NCBI GenBank assembly: GCA_043228905.1
Contig: JBHGNT010000014.1
Coordinates: 1,054,001-1,118,000 of the forward strand
DNA: 64,000 nt
Source: Azolla caroliniana
Taxonomy: Eukaryota; Plantae; Polypodiophyta
Reading direction: 5' to 3'
Of this stretch, positions 61,292 to 64,000 are shown one piece after another; the stretch's first letter is position 1, and every line of letters begins with the position of its first letter. Made by a program: the position numbers and the translations under genes. The notes beneath the pieces were generated by a model that was given only the letters and a program-made list of their open reading frames with translations, was not told the origin of the DNA and did no database searches.

Positions 61292-63767
61292 TGTTGAGAG
61301 ACAAGCTCAACATCGGCCGGATCGGTTGAAGAAGCCGAGGACTGGATCGGTTGGGACTGATCGGTTAGGCCGAGTGCGTAAACCAGGAGGCCGTTAGGAA
61401 AGATATTCCGTGAGGAATTTATTTGGGAGTTAGTGTAGGAGCTCTTAAAGAGCATTGAAGTACGGTCAGTACTTCAGTCAGTCCTTCGAGGACTTGTATA
61501 AAAGTGTTCATGGAACACATGTATGTATATAGTAGTGAATCGAGATTTTGTTGTTGTTGAATATAGTTCTTGTGTTCTCTCTCACTCTCTCTCTCTGTCT
61601 CTCCCGCGTATACTGCGTAAGCTCAAGCTCTCCATTAAACCTGAGTTTTCTTCCTTCTGTTCCGTCTTCATACCTGCTTCCGCACGCTACTTTCTACATG
61701 GTATCAAAGTGCGAGGGTTAAGAACCTCTCTGCAGCCGACACAGCTTGACGAAGAAGAACAAGAAGAACGATGGATAGAGGCATGGCGAGCTCGCTTCCA
61801 ACAAAGAAGCTCGACAGAACCAACTACGCGACTTGGTCTTACAAGATGCACCAGTACCTGCTCGGGCACAGCTACTGGAGTTATGTCAAAGGAGCTAATG
61901 ACGCGGCACCCGAATCGACACACAGAGACTTCCCGTCGTGGGAGCAATCGGCGAGCAGGGTATTGTACTGCTTCGCGTCGTGTGTGGGCGAACAGCTATT
62001 GAGCTATGTTCGGGATGCAAAGACGCCGAAGGGTGCGTGGGAAAATTTGAAGAAGATTTTCGCCGCGAGCACCACAGCCAGGAAGCTTCAGCTCCGACAG
62101 GAGTTGAGCAACCTACGACAACGCGACTTGTCGGTGGCGGACTATACCTCGAAGATCAAGGATATCTGCGACTCCCTCGCCTCCATAGAGGTGAACATCG
62201 AGGAGAGCGAGATGGTCCAGATCTGTCTCGGAGGTTTGGCGTCGAAGTTCGGAGCGTTCCGAACGGCAGTGTGTACCCGGGAGAATACGTCGTCCTTTTT
62301 CGACTTACAGTCAATGCTCCTGGTGGAGGAGAACCACGCAGGTGCGTCTACAAGCACGCACACCGACAGCAGAATGTTGTACACAGAGGGAGATAGGCCC
62401 CGTGGACGTCGAGGACCAGGCGAGTCGGCGCGCAATGGAGGCGGCCGACGAGATCAAGGAAGAAGGCACCGAAGTGATGCCGACAACAACTCCGGACCCT
62501 CTGGAAACAGTGGGAGTCGAAGCGATGAGAACCGGTAAGGGAAGGCCATCGCGGAGTGCTGGTACTGTGGCAAGAAAGGCCATAGGGAAAGTGAGTGCTG
62601 GAAGAAGCACGCCGATTCGGAGAGAACCGGTTACGGAAACGGCTCCGGACATACCGACAAGGGAAATCGGTAGCGATCGCACTACGCCGAAGACTCCGGG
62701 AGAGCCGGAGAAGGGTCTGCTTTCGTGACGAGACACGAAGCAAACTCGATGAAACGGACCACCCCGAGATCGGACGAGGTGTGGTACATAGACTCCGGCG
62801 CGTCAAACCACATGACGAGCCATAAGGAGTGGTTCTCGTACCTCGAAAAACCGATACACCCTGGAGTAGTCGCAACTGGAGCCGACACTTCGCATCCGAT
62901 CGCGAATGTCGGAGAACTTCCCCTTAGCCATGTTGGGCAGAAAGGGAAACTCATGAACGTGTTGCACGTTCCGACAATCACGAAGAACTTGGTCTCGGTC
63001 GGACAGATCGTCGACCAAGGGATGGAGGTTCGGTTTACACACTTCGGGTGCTTCATTGAGGAAGAAGGTCGTGTGATTGCGCAAGGGCGCAGAGACGGGA
63101 GGATGTTCATCCTCGACTCCACTGACGGCGGCACCGCAATGTTCGCGAAGGGACAAAAACCTGAGTCGGACATCGACTTGTGGCACAAGCAGATAGGCCA
63201 CATCAACTACCAGCGGCTTCAAGATCTGCAATCGAAACAGGTAGTGTTCGGATTGCCCAAATTTAGTGGCCGAAAGGCACAAATTTGTGAAGCCTGCCAG
63301 CTCGGGAAGCAACACTGACTTCCTTTCCCCAACAAGCAAAACCGGAGCCGGAATAAGCCTGAACCTATACACTCCGATGTATGGGGGCCGGCACAAAACG
63401 TTAGTCTTGGCAGGAGTCGATATTTCGTCTCCTTCATCGACGACCACACGCGGCACACGTGGATCTACCTCATTGAGAGGAAGAGCGAAGTCTTCGACTG
63501 TTTCCGGGACCTCAAAGGGTTCGTGGAAACGGAAACGGGACGAAAGATCAAGTGTTTGCGGTCGGATGGCGGGAAAGAGTACTTTTCCGGTCAATTCAAC
63601 GGTTATCTACAACAAATGGGAATTCGGCGCGAATTCAGTTGTAGATACACGCCGGAGCAGAACGGCGTGGCCGAGAGGAAGAATCGGTCAATTGTGGAAG
63701 CGGCACGGGCAATGCTGGAGGAGAACATCTTGCCCAAGTTCTACTGGGCTGAGGCGGTAAGGACCGC
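61292..63767 (+). mobile_element. Ty1/Copia element K (5' part), disabled and interrupted in integrase
   Basis: 5' LTR ~61292-61698; PBS TGGTATCA; Gag 61783-62538; CWYCGKKGHRESEC; WYIDSGASNHM; HSDVWGP, RSDGGKEY, NGVAERKN; stops near 62536, 62671 and 63316. Confidence 0.92.
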
Positions 63768-64000
63768 TGTCGAGGTATTCCTCGCGGACGCGTGGAATGA
63801 GGCGGGACCTCGGGGGTCCTGTACCGAAGAGCAAGAGAGAAAAGAGAAGAGACCCACTACGTGCGAGAGTAGATTCACAGGGACACGGCCCTTCGACACA
63901 AAGACGCGAGTGGGATAGCGACACAGAGAGACACGAAGGTATGTATGTACTAACAAAGACAAACGACAAAACGCGAAGTCGATTACAACCGAACAAGCCG
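63768..64000 (-). mobile_element. LTR of an element-A family copy inserted in K, running off the window
   Basis: TGTCGAGGTATTCCTCGCGGACGCGTGGAATGAGGCGGGACC aligns with 5760 onward. Confidence 0.93.

Overview
Eukaryotic, plant-type and gene-poor window (probably a non-seed land plant; inference). Most of it is nested LTR retrotransposons. It holds (i) a tRNA-Trp-primed Ty3/Gypsy lineage: two decayed autonomous copies, two Gag-only non-autonomous copies (one with identical LTRs and an open 1011-aa ORF), a solo LTR and an LTR at the right edge; (ii) chromovirus-type Gypsy remnants, two carrying 48-bp arrays; (iii) a tRNA-Arg-primed Gypsy; (iv) three Ty1/Copia elements, one fully intact with identical LTRs; (v) a hAT-type MITE; (vi) one likely host gene (GQ repeats, EPxSPxVTCxG motif) and an intronless NOP16 pseudogene. 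The most notable signals are tRNA-like A-box/B-box cassettes antisense inside the LTRs of five Gypsy elements, a conserved slippery site plus pseudoknot between protease and RT, 4-bp CG-centred TSDs, a Gag-plus-repeat non-autonomous family, and a U3 module shared by a Gypsy and a Copia LTR. All boundaries were read by eye and no database searches were run.
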